DNA from: a virus
Lineage: Duplodnaviria; Caudoviricetes
DNA: 64,000 nt
IMG/VR virus record: IMGVR_UViG_3300033070_000479
Coordinates: 15,986 to 79,985 of that record
Direction: 5' to 3' (one strand)
Positions 9,827 through 17,815 of this stretch are shown piece by piece (the first letter of the stretch is position 1; each line of letters begins with the position of its first letter). A model generated the notes under the pieces. That model was not told where the DNA came from, made no database searches, and saw nothing but the letters and a program-made list of their open reading frames with translations. Made by a program: the position numbers and the translations under genes.

Positions 9827-10701
9827 CGCCATCCGCCGCAATAACCGAGTCTCTAGCTTCCGCGGACCAGTCGCGCATTGTCGACGGTACCGGTGTTGGG
9901 GTGGTTACTTGCGGCGGAGGTCCCTACCAGTACGGCATCTACGTACTGGTAAAAATGCTGCGTCTGTGCGGCTACGCCGGCGGGGTGTGGGTGTGGCACC
10001 GCGGGCCGGCTGAGCCGGTCTGCAGCGCCATTCGAAAGATGCCCGGCGTTACGGTGGTGGACGTCGTTAAGGACGCGGAAGACAACGGGCTGAGAGCCCC
10101 CGCCGGTGGCTGGGAATGCAAGGCGTACGCCATGGCGCGGACACCGGTTAAGGTAGCCGCCTTCTTTGACGCAGACGCGTACCCAGTCAACTCGATCGAC
10201 GCGTGCCTCGAAACTGCCGAGGCCGAAGGAGAAGTTTTTTGGCGTGACCTGGATAACGCCAACCTGCAGTGGAGATCGTTAGGTCTAGAAGTCCCCAAGC
10301 CGAAGTGGATTCCCGTCAACGGCGGGCAGTGGGTCGTTAACCGCGAACTCCGCAAACCGCAGCTCGCTCTCTACTCGGCGCTCACCGACAGAAGCTCGGT
10401 GCTGTACCGGTACATGCTGGGCGATCAAGACTGCCAGTTGCTGGCATGGTACCTGACCAACACCAGGTACTTCATCGGAGACCTCGAAGAGGTGCGCCAA
10501 GTGAGCGGTGTGCTCGTGTACGACTTTCCTCACGGCAGGACGCAGGTGCTGCACCGCATCGGGTCGAAGATGGCGCCGTCCGGAATGTTCTCGCGTGGCA
10601 CGTACTCTGGTCCGGTTAGAGGTCTGCCTCTGGAGCGACAAGCCACCTCTTTTTACGCCGAAGCCGTAGACGCCGTCGGCGTGCCGATTCGCGCTAAATA
10701 A
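9823..10701 (+). CDS. Glycosyltransferase, alpha-mannosyltransferase (GT71/Mannosyl_trans3)-like
   Basis: ATG 9823 overlaps the upstream TGA. GVGVVTCGGG, GGWECKAYAM, FFDADAYPV (DxD), VFWRD, NGGQWVVNR, GDQD. Confidence 0.6.
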   Translation: MTPSAAITESLASADQSRIVDGTGVGVVTCGGGPYQYGIYVLVKMLRLCGYAGGVWVWHRGPAEPVCSAIRKMPGVTVVDVVKDAEDNGLRAPAGGWECKAYAMARTPVKVAAFFDADAYPVNSIDACLETAEAEGEVFWRDLDNANLQWRSLGLEVPKPKWIPVNGGQWVVNRELRKPQLALYSALTDRSSVLYRYMLGDQDCQLLAWYLTNTRYFIGDLEEVRQVSGVLVYDFPHGRTQVLHRIGSKMAPSGMFSRGTYSGPVRGLPLERQATSFYAEAVDAVGVPIRAK

Positions 10702-10805
10702 CTCTACTACTGACGTCACAATAGTTTGCGGTACTGGCGTTGCAGTCCGCGGGATAGCGCCATATGCGCAGGTTCTGTCCCATATCACAACGCAAAGGGC
10801 TTAGC

Positions 10806-11150
10806 ATGAGCGTTCAAGGAAGCAGCGACAACCTGATCAGCGTCACGTACCAGCCGGCCAGCTCGGACGTGCCGGTGGTCGTCCAGCTGCCGGCAGGCAG
10901 CACGGTCGGGCACTTGCTCGCCCACCGGGCGGTCAACTCCTCGGCGACTGGTCTGGTGTTCTTGGTCAACGGCAACAAGTCCACCACGGAGACGATTCTG
11001 TCGGAGGGCTCCCGGGTCGTCTCGATGAAGGCCAAGGTGGCCGGGGCCGTGCTCGTCGGTCAGGAAGACGACATCTACGCGATCGACGCTAGGCTGGCTG
11101 CCGGTATGGAAGCGGCCTACAAGGCCTTCAAGGCCTGCGCCGGGCTCTAA
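10806..11150 (+). CDS. Ubiquitin-like (beta-grasp, ThiS/MoaD-type) protein with C-terminal extension
   Basis: ATG 10806. Pattern ISVTYQ / VVVQLPAGSTVGHLL / VFLVNG / ILSEGSRVV, then KAKVAG80 and 34 further residues. Confidence 0.75.
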   Translation: MSVQGSSDNLISVTYQPASSDVPVVVQLPAGSTVGHLLAHRAVNSSATGLVFLVNGNKSTTETILSEGSRVVSMKAKVAGAVLVGQEDDIYAIDARLAAGMEAAYKAFKACAGL

Positions 11151-11156
11151 GACAGA

Positions 11157-12308
11157 ATGTTAACCGAAGCTCAACGCTCCCACGCCGCCGCGCAATTTGC
11201 CGCGGCGGCGTGGTCTTTGTCTACCGCGGCATGCCAGAGTGCGCCGCGCGGACCGTGGATCAACGAGCTGGCGACCTTATCCCACGCCATCTACGAAAAG
11301 ACCAGTCGGTACAACGCGGCCGTTCAGAGCCCCGCATCGTACGGCGGATCTCGAGGCGTGGCTACCAGATTCAAAGAGCTGAAGCAGGCGTGCGCCAAGT
11401 GGCGGAGTACGTACGCGAGGGCTATGGCCGGAGGACTCAAAGATCTGTCGTGGACGAGGCAGTCGGCGATTCCAAAGACCTTGGTGCAGACGGCAGAATC
11501 GGGTCTGGTGGGTTTGGAGAAGGACGGGTTCGTCCTCACGTACAGCATCGAGCAGAAGACTCTGACAGTGCATGCTCGTGAGCCGACGATAATCGAGCTA
11601 CAGTACGACCACGCCGTTCACGGGACCGGCAGCAGCGCGGCGAGAACTAGGCTGGAGAAGATAAAGGCGTCTTTCCCGATCCCGCTAAACTTCGGGAGGA
11701 TGAAGCTCACGTTCAGCCTCGGCAATACCGACATGCTGAACTACGACGCGTACATCAACGCCATGGCTAGATGCGCCTTTACTGGGTCCAAGACGATAAA
11801 GAGCGGCAACTACTACCACCCGCACGTCAAGAGCGACGGGGTGGTGTGTCTGGGCGATACGGTCCGGGCCTGCAACAACATGTTCAAGAGCGGGTCCATC
11901 AGCGAGATCGTGCACATCTTCGCGTTGGTGTGTTCGAACTACAACAGGCACAGCCCGTACATCGATCTGCACAGGTTCGTCCTACCTTCCTGCGGTGCAT
12001 GCGGTGGGTGGGAGTGTCCGCCGACTCAGGAACAGCGCGAAGACGTAATCAAGAAGTGCTTCTCGTGCCGAAGGGACGTCTGCCGTCGCAATAGGTGCTC
12101 GGAGGTGTGCGCTGAGACTGGTAACTTCGCGTGCATGTCCTGCCTCAGGAAGTGTACGGCGTGCAGCAGGGGTTACGCCGTCAACAGCAAGGGGTTCGCG
12201 TCGTTCGTGTCTTATCCGGGTAAGTGCGGGGTCTGTACGGGCACGCTGCCGGCCAGCACCCTGCTATCCGAGCAGTCCGAGACCGGCACACAAGGGCCGT
12301 CTACGTAA
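11157..12308 (+). CDS. Prokaryotic E2/UBC-fold protein with C-terminal Cys-rich Zn-binding region
   Basis: YYHPHVKSDGVVCLG matches the E2 HPN(I/V)...G.(I/V)CL signature; candidate catalytic Cys codon 11847-11849. Multiple CxxC pairs downstream. Confidence 0.75.
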   Translation: MLTEAQRSHAAAQFAAAAWSLSTAACQSAPRGPWINELATLSHAIYEKTSRYNAAVQSPASYGGSRGVATRFKELKQACAKWRSTYARAMAGGLKDLSWTRQSAIPKTLVQTAESGLVGLEKDGFVLTYSIEQKTLTVHAREPTIIELQYDHAVHGTGSSAARTRLEKIKASFPIPLNFGRMKLTFSLGNTDMLNYDAYINAMARCAFTGSKTIKSGNYYHPHVKSDGVVCLGDTVRACNNMFKSGSISEIVHIFALVCSNYNRHSPYIDLHRFVLPSCGACGGWECPPTQEQREDVIKKCFSCRRDVCRRNRCSEVCAETGNFACMSCLRKCTACSRGYAVNSKGFASFVSYPGKCGVCTGTLPASTLLSEQSETGTQGPST

Positions 12309-12338
12309 GTGATCACAATCAACAGAAGGACAGATAAT

Positions 12339-13283
12339 ATGCCAGACGGCGGACCGGTCATCTCCGGTGAAATCGCGGCGACGGACAAGTCGAATTCGGT
12401 AGTGAAGACCAGATTGCGCGGGGTGGACAAGGACGGCAACGCGCACAGGCTCGTCATGAGCCCTACCGCGTTCCTGCAGGCGAAGACCATGGTGTTCTGC
12501 GACGATAGGGAGATATCGGCCATGGCGGTCGTCGCCGAAGACGACCCTCTGTACGTCGAGCGCTTCGACATCGTCGAACAGGAAGGCAGCTCGGCCTTTA
12601 CCGAACTTGACGGCGCCGCCCTCCTCTGCCGGTCCGAGTCCTACTCTCAGTTGGGCATCGGGTACGACAGGACTATGCGGGTGTGGTTCCACACGCACCC
12701 GTTCAGCTGTGCGGCTAACCCGTCCGCCACCGACAACAGCACGTTCGCGGACGTGTTCGGCAACATGCCGTTTGCCGTGATGCTCATTCACAGCAAGGAC
12801 GGCAGTTGGGGCGCCACACTGCGGGTCGGGCAGGGCAAGATCGGCGTCAAGACCAAGCTCTCCGGAGTAGAGGTCGACTGGTCCGCCGTACCGGACATGC
12901 CGGCGTTTGACCCGCAATCCGTGATCGACGAGGTCAAGAAGCAGGTCAAGACGCGGGCGTACCAGGCCGTGCAGTTTTATCAGCCGACGCACGCTGTCAG
13001 CGGTAAGCGCTGGGACAGCGATTACGGCGGCAACCGGTGGTGGGACAAGGCGACGAAGGTCGACAACGGACCGATCACGCACGCCGGCGGCGTGGTGAAG
13101 GGGAAATTCGACGGGGGTTACGGTCCCAGCGAGGAATACCGCCCGAACCGTAAGACCAAGAAGCGCCGCCGCACCAACGTGTCGTACGAGGACGCCGCGA
13201 AGATGTGGGAGACCGACTTTGCGGACGCCGACGCCCTGGAAGAATACCTGCGTAACGCCGAGCAGCACGATGCGGGCGAGTAA
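12339..13283 (+). CDS. JAB/JAMM (MPN+) metallo-isopeptidase
   Basis: ATG 12339 after AAGGA. Upstream Glu (REISAM) plus WFHTHPFSCAANPSATD, matching the E...HxH-x7-S-x2-D JAMM motif. Confidence 0.85.
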   Translation: MPDGGPVISGEIAATDKSNSVVKTRLRGVDKDGNAHRLVMSPTAFLQAKTMVFCDDREISAMAVVAEDDPLYVERFDIVEQEGSSAFTELDGAALLCRSESYSQLGIGYDRTMRVWFHTHPFSCAANPSATDNSTFADVFGNMPFAVMLIHSKDGSWGATLRVGQGKIGVKTKLSGVEVDWSAVPDMPAFDPQSVIDEVKKQVKTRAYQAVQFYQPTHAVSGKRWDSDYGGNRWWDKATKVDNGPITHAGGVVKGKFDGGYGPSEEYRPNRKTKKRRRTNVSYEDAAKMWETDFADADALEEYLRNAEQHDAGE

Positions 13284-13971
13284 CGTCGTCGACACGCCGA
13301 TCAGTGCGCGAAACGAGCGCCAGCGGTCGGTCTTGCCTGAGGCGGCTCTCTTGTTTCGTCCGGCAGTAGTCATCGGGGTGGGGGCTATCGGACGCCCTAC
13401 GGCCGAGATGCTGTCCGGTACCGGTGTTCGCAGGCTGGACCTCTGGGACTTCGACACGGTCGAAGAGGTCAACATCGGCAACCAGGGTTACAGGCCTTCC
13501 GACGTCGGTAAGCGTAAAGCCGACGCCTGTAAAGAGTTCTGCGTGGCGAAGTCGCCGTCCTCGGCCGTGCGCGCCATGTACGAGGCGGTCGGCCCGTCCA
13601 CGTCTATCACGGACGAAAGTCCCGAAGACGTAGCGGTGTTTTGCTGCGTGGACAAGATGTCCGCCCGCAAGGAGATCGCCTCTCTCTGCAAGGCGAACGG
13701 GGTTGGCCTGTTTGTCGACACCCGCATGCTGGGGGACGACGTACGCGTCTACTGCTGCCGTACTCCTGAAGCGTACGAGGTGTACCTTAAGGAGCTGTTT
13801 ACAGACGAAGAGGCCGAACCCGGACGGTGCGGGAATTCCTCTAACGTCTACGCGTCAAACACGGCCGCCTCTCTGGCGGTCAAACTGTGGACCTTGTGGC
13901 TACGGGATCTCCCGAGCCCCAAGGAAGTTGTGGCGACCCTTAGCGGGTTCGCAATCGTGGCCGACTACTAG
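13270..13971 (+). CDS. E1-like ThiF/MoeB-family adenylyltransferase
   Basis: VIGVGAIG, DFDTVEEVNIGNQ, DVGKRKA, CCVD, DTRM; candidate thioester Cys in EPGRCGNS (codon 13828-13830). Start approximate. Confidence 0.9.
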   Translation: MRASNVVDTPISARNERQRSVLPEAALLFRPAVVIGVGAIGRPTAEMLSGTGVRRLDLWDFDTVEEVNIGNQGYRPSDVGKRKADACKEFCVAKSPSSAVRAMYEAVGPSTSITDESPEDVAVFCCVDKMSARKEIASLCKANGVGLFVDTRMLGDDVRVYCCRTPEAYEVYLKELFTDEEAEPGRCGNSSNVYASNTAASLAVKLWTLWLRDLPSPKEVVATLSGFAIVADY

Positions 13972-14008
13972 TCGGCCTTTCTTTACCGACCCCATAACAG
14001 GAGAGAAC

Positions 14009-15349
14009 GTGGCCAAAGCCAAAGGAACTTCCGCGTCTGTGGCGCAATCGCTGCCGTCGACTCTGACCGCCGACGGCATCGAGGACATGATCGTCAAGTG
14101 TGTGCAGTCCCACGTGGTCCCGATGATCTGGGGTCCGCCAGGGGTCGGTAAGACCCGTCGCATCGAGGCCGTGGCCCGGCGTCTGGCCCAGCACACCGGG
14201 TTGTCGGCAGAAGTTCACACGCTGATCTGCTCCATGTGCGAACCCAGCGACCTGGCCGGCTTCCCGATCGCTGACGGAAAATACCGCCGGCCGGACGGGT
14301 CGGACTTGTCGGTGGTCCAGTTCGCTCCGCGGGAGTCCTTTGTGCGCTTGGCGACGCACGGCGGCGTCCTGTTCTTCGACGAGCTGTCCACGGCCCCACC
14401 GTCCATCCAGGCGGTGGCGCTGCGGATCATCAACGACCGCGTCGCCGGCGACATTCACTTGCCGCCGAACAAAGTCGCCATGATCGCCGCCGGAAACCCG
14501 CCCGAAACGGGGGCCGGCGTGTTCGACCTGTCGGCGCCGATGGCCAACCGGCTCTGCCACCTCCAGTGGCCGACGGACTCGCAGTTCCGCCGGGCCTGGG
14601 CGGAAGACTTCATCTCGTACTGGGGCAGCCCGCCGAAGGTGGAGTTCAACGGCCGGCAGGTTCCGGAGGAGTTCTACTCGCGGGCCCGGCGCGCCGTCTC
14701 GGCGTTCATCATGGCGAGCCCGGAAAACCTGCTGCCGGTTCCCGGTCAGTCCTCGACCGGAACCGGTACGATCGCCGACCTGGCGTACCCGACGCCCCGG
14801 TCGTGGGACGCCGCGGCCCGCGTGCTGGCGTCCGGCGAAAGCCGGCTGTTCGATAAAGAGGAGGGCCAGGCCATGCTCAGCCTGATCTCCGGCCTCGTCG
14901 GCACCGGCCCGGCGCAGGCGTTCTCCAAGTTCATTCGCGACTCGGACCTCCCCGACCCGGTCCGGCTGCTGGAAAACCCGGAGTCGTACCAGCCGCAGAA
15001 AGAAAACTTCGTGGCTTACGCGACCGTGACGGCCGTCGTAAACCTGGTACTGTCGTACCTGGCCGTGAGCCGGGATGAGCTGCGGGCGGCCAAGTCTTCG
15101 GACCCCGTCTACCGCAAGGCCGTCAAGTACGTCATGAACGGCGCCAAGCTCGTGGTGGCCGCCGGCGAAGGACGTCTGGAAACGGCCAAAGGCCCTCTGG
15201 ACCGGCTGCTGGCGGCGGCCCGGGAAGTCCACCTGACGCAGCAGGAGCAAGTGGCGCTCAACTCCATCACCGCACCGTATGCGAAGGACATGCAGCGGTA
15301 CAAGAACATGGTCGTCACCAGCGTTCGGACCGTCTCCACGGAAAAGTGA
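14009..15349 (+). CDS. MoxR-type (AAA_5/dynein-related) AAA+ ATPase
   Basis: GTG 14009 after AACAGGAG. Walker A WGPPGVGKT, Walker B LFFDELS, AAGNP, LSAPMANRLCH, PTPRSW. Confidence 0.9.
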   Translation: MAKAKGTSASVAQSLPSTLTADGIEDMIVKCVQSHVVPMIWGPPGVGKTRRIEAVARRLAQHTGLSAEVHTLICSMCEPSDLAGFPIADGKYRRPDGSDLSVVQFAPRESFVRLATHGGVLFFDELSTAPPSIQAVALRIINDRVAGDIHLPPNKVAMIAAGNPPETGAGVFDLSAPMANRLCHLQWPTDSQFRRAWAEDFISYWGSPPKVEFNGRQVPEEFYSRARRAVSAFIMASPENLLPVPGQSSTGTGTIADLAYPTPRSWDAAARVLASGESRLFDKEEGQAMLSLISGLVGTGPAQAFSKFIRDSDLPDPVRLLENPESYQPQKENFVAYATVTAVVNLVLSYLAVSRDELRAAKSSDPVYRKAVKYVMNGAKLVVAAGEGRLETAKGPLDRLLAAAREVHLTQQEQVALNSITAPYAKDMQRYKNMVVTSVRTVSTEK

Positions 15350-15362
15350 GGACCAGACGACG

Positions 15363-16631
15363 ATGACTAGTTCAGAACGGATTACTGCGGCCAAGTTGCT
15401 GGCCGTGCAGTGGTGGCCGTACTTGGCGGACGCCGTCGTCCGCCTCCCGGTCAGGTTCTCTCCCGGCGTCCCGACCATGGGCGTCTCGAAAGATTGGATC
15501 CTGTACATCAACCCGGAATGGGCGGACAAGCAGAGCGTGGCGATGTTGGCCCTCATCATCGCCGGTCACGAAGTCGGTGGGCACCTGCTCAACGACCACG
15601 CGTGCCGCGCAGCCGGGTTGCACCACGAACTGTCGAACATGGCCGGCGACTTGGCCATCAACTGTCACCTGAAGAACTACCGCGACAGCGCCTGCTTGAG
15701 CGGTGCGAAGGATCAGATCACGGTCCCGGATGACCCTGAAGAGGCCCTCTATCCGAAGAACTTCAAAGCCAAGGACGGTACGCCTTTTCCAGACAACCTG
15801 ATGATGGAGGAGTACTACGCCCTACTCCTCGACAACGCCACACTCATCGGTACCGGCCAAGGGAAAGGAGACGGCAAAGGGAAGTGCAAGTGCGGGTCCG
15901 GCGCCACCGGGGTCGCGGAAGACTGGGAGGAGGGCACGTCTGTCGGACAAGACGGCCAAGACCAAGGAGTCAGTCCGGCGGAAGCGTCTCTGATTCGCGA
16001 CGCGGTGGCTGCTGCGTGCAAGAAGCACGAAGAGCAGCGCGGACGTGGGTCAGTGCCGTCCGGGCTACTGCGGTGGGCTGACGACAGGCTCCGCCCGCCA
16101 CAGGTTCCCTGGACGACGCAGATACGCAGGCACATCCAGCGTATCGTGGCGGGGCGCGGCAGGGGTGACTACTCCTACACGCAGTACAACCGCCGGTCTC
16201 AGGGTCGTCTGATTCTGCCGGGCATGGTTGAGCACAAGAAGAAGTGCAACGCGGTTCTGGACACGTCCGGAAGTATGTGTGACGAACGCATACGGGCCGG
16301 CTTGTCCGAGCTGGTGGCGGCGGCTTCTCACCTTGGCCCTATCCAGCTGTTTGCGTGCGACGCCGCGGCGGCTGACGCCGGTACGCTGCGTACCAAATCG
16401 GACGTGAAGAAGCTGAAACTGCAGGGCGGAGGCGGCACCGACATGGGTGCAGGCCTGAACGCCGCCGCAGAGTCCAAACCGACGTTTACGTTGGTACTAA
16501 CCGACGGCGACACCCCGTGGCCGGAAGACAAACCTACGGGGTTAGGAGAAATCCTGGTCGTGCTTATCGGCCGGTACGGGGCAGACCGAGTTCCGGACTG
16601 GGCCGAATGGGTGGCTGTCGACGACGGCTGA
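15363..16631 (+). CDS. Putative metallopeptidase plus VWA domain protein (DUF2201-like), MoxR partner
   Basis: HEVGGHLLNDHACR (HExxH-like), NMAGDLAIN; VWA MIDAS residues DTSGSM, GGGTD, LTDG. Confidence 0.85.
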   Translation: MTSSERITAAKLLAVQWWPYLADAVVRLPVRFSPGVPTMGVSKDWILYINPEWADKQSVAMLALIIAGHEVGGHLLNDHACRAAGLHHELSNMAGDLAINCHLKNYRDSACLSGAKDQITVPDDPEEALYPKNFKAKDGTPFPDNLMMEEYYALLLDNATLIGTGQGKGDGKGKCKCGSGATGVAEDWEEGTSVGQDGQDQGVSPAEASLIRDAVAAACKKHEEQRGRGSVPSGLLRWADDRLRPPQVPWTTQIRRHIQRIVAGRGRGDYSYTQYNRRSQGRLILPGMVEHKKKCNAVLDTSGSMCDERIRAGLSELVAAASHLGPIQLFACDAAAADAGTLRTKSDVKKLKLQGGGGTDMGAGLNAAAESKPTFTLVLTDGDTPWPEDKPTGLGEILVVLIGRYGADRVPDWAEWVAVDDG

Positions 16632-16642
16632 CGTGCTACAAT

Positions 16643-16678
16643 AACCCCCGGGGCTACGGCCCCGGGGGTTTACTTTTT
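16643..16678 (+). terminator. Intrinsic terminator ending the Ubl-AAA operon
   Basis: Perfect 12-bp stem aacccccggggc/gccccgggggtt with a TACG (cUACGg-type) loop, followed by TACTTTTT. Confidence 0.85.
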
Positions 16679-16702
16679 CCGTTTGGTATCGGAGGGTTAT
16701 AC

Positions 16703-17056
16703 GTGGCAGCGTCCTTTGCAGTCTCATACACGTACAACCCGACTGCCCAACAAATTACCTTTACAGTAGACTCGTTCACGTCGCCGGCCGACTCGGCGGC
16801 CGTGTTCTACCTTAAGGACGCCAGCCCGACTCCAGAGTATATGGGGATCTGTACTGTGGCCGAACTCAGCACAGTCCCGACGGACCCTCCGATACCAGGG
16901 GATTACTACCGCGCCGCGTCTACCACCTTCTCGGTGGCTTCCGAGAACATGAACAGTGCGGTGTATAACGTTCGTCAAGGCCTGGATAAGCTGTGCGTAG
17001 GTTTGGACGCAGAAGCGCAGGGGCTGGTGGCCGGTTCGTTTACGGCGGGAGGGTAA
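16703..17056 (+). CDS. Hypothetical beta-rich protein (possibly structural)
   Basis: GTG 16703 after GGAGG. Confidence 0.55.
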   Translation: MAASFAVSYTYNPTAQQITFTVDSFTSPADSAAVFYLKDASPTPEYMGICTVAELSTVPTDPPIPGDYYRAASTTFSVASENMNSAVYNVRQGLDKLCVGLDAEAQGLVAGSFTAGG

Positions 17057-17060
17057 ACTA

Positions 17061-17345
17061 ATGGCCACGAAAGTCATAGACGACTCGGCTCTAGCCGAAC
17101 TCGCCGCTCGACCGGACGTCGTGGCCGAGTTCCCGATATTTGGGCAGCGCAGGGCTCCTTCCGTCAGATCGTGCTGCGCCGGCAAAGGTAATCAAAAGGC
17201 CGGAACTGCCTCTGGGGCCGTCATCCGACAAGCCGTCTTGCACATGGGCGGCGAGAGAATTTCCAGGCTAAAACAGTTACTCGGTGTGGACACTTTGATA
17301 GTATGGACCATGTCCGGCAATAAGGCCGTCTCAACCACGATATGA
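17061..17345 (+). CDS. Hypothetical protein
   Basis: 94-aa ORF with tight spacing to neighbours. Confidence 0.55.
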   Translation: MATKVIDDSALAELAARPDVVAEFPIFGQRRAPSVRSCCAGKGNQKAGTASGAVIRQAVLHMGGERISRLKQLLGVDTLIVWTMSGNKAVSTTI

Positions 17346-17815
17346 GGACTTCGATGTCGAAGACTAAAGTTAAGGCGAATCTTGTCGACCTGCGCCACTC
17401 GCCCACCAAGCTCGTCATCAACGGCGTTGAGGTGGACCAGGCCAGTGAATCCGCGCCGTGGGTCGCAGACATGCTCAAAGGCGGTTCTGTCGATTCTTCG
17501 TCCAAGGTCCAGTATTACCTGGACGCGATGCAAGTGGACATGGACCTCACGAAGCGCGGGTCCGACAACAACGCGCAGACCGTGACGATCACTGTGGTTT
17601 CGGACAACCCGCGCCTGGCAGACAGCCCGCACGCAAAGCTGCTCGCTCAGGAATTTCTGGAACGTCAGGGCTACACGAAGCCGTTCTTCAAGCGCGTCAG
17701 CACCGTGATGTCGTACGACCCGGAAGCCGAAAAACCGACAGACCGCATGAAGCTGGCCCCCGGTCTGAAGTCGGCTACAGGTAAGTTCGCGGCCAACCTG
17801 ACGTTCATCGTCTAA
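17342..17815 (+). CDS. Hypothetical protein (strong C/G third-position bias)
   Basis: ATGA overlap with the previous gene; alternative ATG at 17354. Confidence 0.65.
   Translation: MRTSMSKTKVKANLVDLRHSPTKLVINGVEVDQASESAPWVADMLKGGSVDSSSKVQYYLDAMQVDMDLTKRGSDNNAQTVTITVVSDNPRLADSPHAKLLAQEFLERQGYTKPFFKRVSTVMSYDPEAEKPTDRMKLAPGLKSATGKFAANLTFIV

Noticed and set aside
13270-13971. ThiF/MoeB as a thiamine or molybdopterin biosynthesis gene
   Set aside because: No thiG, thiS-GG, moaE or other pathway genes nearby; the neighbours are E2 and JAB, and the Ubl lacks a terminal GG.
10806-13971. Canonical PRTRC cassette
   Set aside because: Gene order is similar, but no ParB-like or other PRTRC accessory gene is seen and the E2 has extra domains. 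Kept only as a possible relative.
13703-14008. Upstream extensions given by the ORF track (13703, 2368, 9703, 10764, 15279, 21429, 22072, 34196, 54007 and others)
   Set aside because: They overlap upstream genes; downstream starts with an RBS or stop/start coupling fit better.
13940-15559. Long minus-strand ORFs (539 aa here; also 8100-9011, 12264-13481, 34148-35380, 40271-41611, 48185-49324, 58805-59866)
   Set aside because: They lie antisense to motif-bearing + genes with high GC3, are Arg/Gly/Val-rich and have no motifs: typical shadow ORFs.
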